From Paragordius varius (taxonomy: Eukaryota; Animalia; Nematomorpha), in the NCBI GenBank assembly GCA_964247055.1, contig OZ176056.1:5022001-5086000 (forward strand): 64,000 nt of DNA, written 5' to 3'. The notes below the pieces were generated by a model. That model was not told the DNA's origin. It was given only the letters and a program-made list of their open reading frames with translations, and did not search any database. Below are positions 61,001 to 64,000 of the stretch, piece after piece. Position 1 is the first letter of the stretch, and every line of letters begins with the position of its first letter. Position numbers and translations under genes: made by a program.

Positions 61001-63991
61001 GTATCCATATTTCAATAAAGAGGTCAATGAATCAAGCCTATCAATGATTACCTAAAAATGCAGCCGACAAAATTATTTGAAATTATACAAACAATCTAAT
61101 TTCGACATATCGCGCTGTTTAAAACTAACACTGATTGAGAGGATATGGATGTTATGTCAAATTTTTGTTGATTGTTGGAAGTATGTATATATAAAATTAG
61201 CCTAATACAATTAATTTGAAAGAAAACAGAGTGAAATTTTAAAGTAATATCATTCATATATAGCTTTTTTCATTTACAGTAAACAAAACAAATGTATTTC
61301 AAATAAAAAATAGCGAAAAGTTAAAAGAAAAAAAAGATTAGCACATGGATAAAAAATTGTGTAAGTGGAAACAACAGTAAGTATTTATCAAGGGTCGTAC
61401 ATGGTGTAATTATTAGAAAAAATGTATTTTTTTACTAAATTTAAAAAAAATAAGATGTTGATGGTAATTTTCTATTTTTTATAATTTTTAAGCAAAAATT
61501 ATAAGTTATCTAGAGTTAATATGGCAAGAATTTGAATGACCATCCAATCTGCCTGATCAATTAATAACACTAGATTGCACTTAGATAAAATTTTATATAT
61601 ATTAAAATTTAACTGAAACAGTGTATGGTAAAAAAATAGCAAACAATTAAACATTTTTTCGCTTGTTTAATTGATTTTCACTAATTTTTATGCCTATAAG
61701 CTATTGTGTTTACAAAATTAAACCATAATATACATTAATTTTCTTTAAGTTATAAAACAATGTTTAGTAAAATGGTTCAAATTTTAGGTTTATATAAAAT
61801 TATATGAGATATAACTAATCAATAAGGAAGGCTTAAAATATTAAATTTATTAATAAGTTGCATGATAAATAACAAATCATACAATATTGAAATAAAGATA
61901 TTTATAATAAATACCGCCGAATAAAGACATTTAGTGGGGAACAACAAAAAATTAAAAAAAAACATGTTTGTGATTATTTTCGTTATCTATTTTTTTCAAT
62001 AAGGCATTTAACAAAATAGATTTTGAATAGTCGAAATAATTTTTTAATGATTTTCATTTGCGTTCCTCACACAAACGCCTTATTCGGCATTGTCACGATT
62101 TTCCAATATGTTTATTCCTAATAAATATTTTTACTTTATAATTTAAATTTTAGTTTATATTTTAATTTTATTTTTTCGTTTGACAAAGATTACTTGTAGT
62201 AATCGAAATATTATATTATAATAAATTATATAATTTTTGCTGATTGATTCCATATATAAAAATACTATACATTTTATAGGTAGAATATTTTTCGCTAAAA
62301 AATTTAAAAGATTTATTTCATTGGAAAATTAGCATCCACAACATCTTGTTTTTTTTCAAATTTGGTAAAAAAAACATTTTTTTTCTTATAATTACACCGT
62401 GTACGACCCTTGATAAATACTTTCTGTTGTTTCCACTTACACAATTTATTAACCATATGCTAATCTTTTTTTTTCTTTTAATTCGCTATTTTTTATTTGC
62501 TATACATTTGTTGTGTTTACTCTATATATACTTTGAATATCCATTTCCTCAATTGCGTTTTCTGATAAACTCTCATTCGAGTCCATATGAGAATCCGTCA
62601 TTGGCGACAACCATTTGTTATCATCGATTTTTTGTTCTAAATAGTCGTTTTGTTGTTGACTTGGTTTGCCATGAGGGCAATTTGCTGATGATATCCGTGC
62701 AGTACGTCCAGACCTGTGTATAAATTTTTCAATGTCACTCGGTGGATCATAGTGAATGACCCAATCAATGTCTTTGATGTCGATACCGCGTGCCATAACA
62801 TCCGTAGATATCATGACTAATCTTTTACTGTTAGCATCTTCTAATGAGGATGATGTGGTAGTTTTATTCAGTAATTTTCTTCTTTTGCTTTTAGAAAAAT
62901 TCAGTGGTTTGATACGCGTCGAAATAGTTTCATCAACTATGTTTTGGAATTTGGATATGGTTTTGCTTCTTTGATGTGTGCGTAGTTTGCGATGAAGGCA
63001 TAAAAGACATGTCCGCGAGAGCCAAGTTAAATACCGTTTTTGTGAAGATACACTCGTTTTAGCGGTAAAGAAAGATATTAAATCCTGTAAATAAAGTTTT
63101 AAAGTCGTAGTAATATATTGTGCTAGATAATGATTATTCACGAAAATCAAAATTTTGTTAGCCATATATAATGGACTCATTTCATTTCCTTGCGGTGGTG
63201 AAAAAAGTAGATGACTCAACAATAAAAGTTTATCCGTGTATGCAACAGTGTGATACCAAAAATTTAAAGATGATGGAATATTGGAGTTGTTATTTGGTTT
63301 TTCTAAAATATATTACTATGTTTACAACCTGTTAATGTTTGGTATCTTTCTTTAACAACTATCGAAACTGGATTACGGAGACCAGTTTGAATTAAAATAT
63401 CTAGTTTGTCATTCTAATTGGGAAAATACAGAGTTATTATAAAACAGAAAACAAATTTAAATTTTGGATAAAAATACAAATCGTTTTTAAATCTTTAATA
63501 TGGCAAACGAAATCTAAAATTTATAATACCAAAGTAGCTGAAAATAAACAAGTCCTCCTTTGTTTTGGTAAATAATTTATAATAGATTGTATTGTAGGCA
63601 TAAAACCAAAATCCAAAAGTTTATCGCCTTCATCCAAAACCAAATATTCCAAATGTTGGAATATTAAATTATTAAATGTCACTGACAGGCTCTTTTCAAA
63701 TTTGTCTGCCTGGTTATCAATATTTTGATTATTTTTTGAACTAAATTTCATTGTAGATTCTTTAGCTTCCAGCATATAATGCAATCGACCTGGTGTGCAT
63801 ACAAGTATGTTAGCCCCATTTTCATAAAAATATTTTAAATCCGATTGCAAACTTTTAGTACCACCTCCAGTAAAAAGAGCCAATTTTATTGGGCATAAAG
63901 AAAAATTATTCACAGAGTTTATCAAAGCCTTTAAAACTAAATATATTTGATTGGACAAATCTCGCGTGGGACTTATAATAACAGCTTTTAT
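58057..63991 (-). CDS. DDX55: DEAD-box RNA helicase DDX55/Spb4-like (5' end lies beyond the window)
   Basis: Exons (minus) 63991-63530 (SPTRDL, TPGRL, DEGD, SAT), 63413-63329 (GLRNPV), 63302-62532 (LH..., STDVMARGID, HRSGRTAR), 59066-58679 (AFVSTVRSY...LATGFGLLYLPSMPE), 58544-58388, 58300-58172 (KKLKK), 58110-58057. Edges of the last three exons are less certain. Confidence 0.88.
61299..62500. mobile_element. TIR/foldback element in a DDX55 intron
   Basis: ~190-bp inverted arms including AAATTGTGTAAGTGGAAACAACAG.AAGTATTTATCAAGGGTCGTACA (61355-61402) and its reverse complement (~62400-62447). Confidence 0.7.
63303..63328 (-). other. 26-nt intron (DDX55)
   Basis: GTTGTAAACATAGTAATATATTTTAG; removal joins GLRNPVSIVVKERYQTLT|EKPN..IPSSLNFWY in frame. 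The only other phase-1 GT donor in the exon would delete the conserved GLRNPV. Confidence 0.82.
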
Positions 63992-64000
63992 CTAAAAATA

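Overview
Very AT-rich, transposon-dense eukaryotic window, most likely an invertebrate animal; the taxon cannot be fixed from sequence alone. Five host genes were assembled by hand. (1) A class A (rhodopsin-like) GPCR on the minus strand (4512-6260), with TM1-TM5 and a ~200-aa insert in extracellular loop 1; TM6-7 were not securely located. (2) A single-pass receptor, 12987-27769 (+): C-type-lectin-like domain, 7 EB-type Cys modules, SEA, TM and a Tyr-rich tail. (3) A secreted CAP/SCP protein with two ShK domains, 32522-42295 (+). (4) MRPL21, 49235-57939 (+). (5) A DDX55/Spb4-like DEAD-box helicase, 58057 to beyond the window end (-). The rest is mostly decayed or nested TEs: hAT (Blackjack-, Charlie- and Tip100-like), RTE-type LINEs, Gypsy remnants, a Tc1/mariner remnant, piggyBac-like MITEs and foldback elements. 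The strongest signal is that four of these genes need ultra-short GT-AG introns of 23, 24, 25, 26 and 27 nt to restore their reading frames. These sit beside TE-filled introns of 3-8 kb, including an 8.15-kb intron in MRPL21. All gene models are manual, and exon edges without homology support are flagged.
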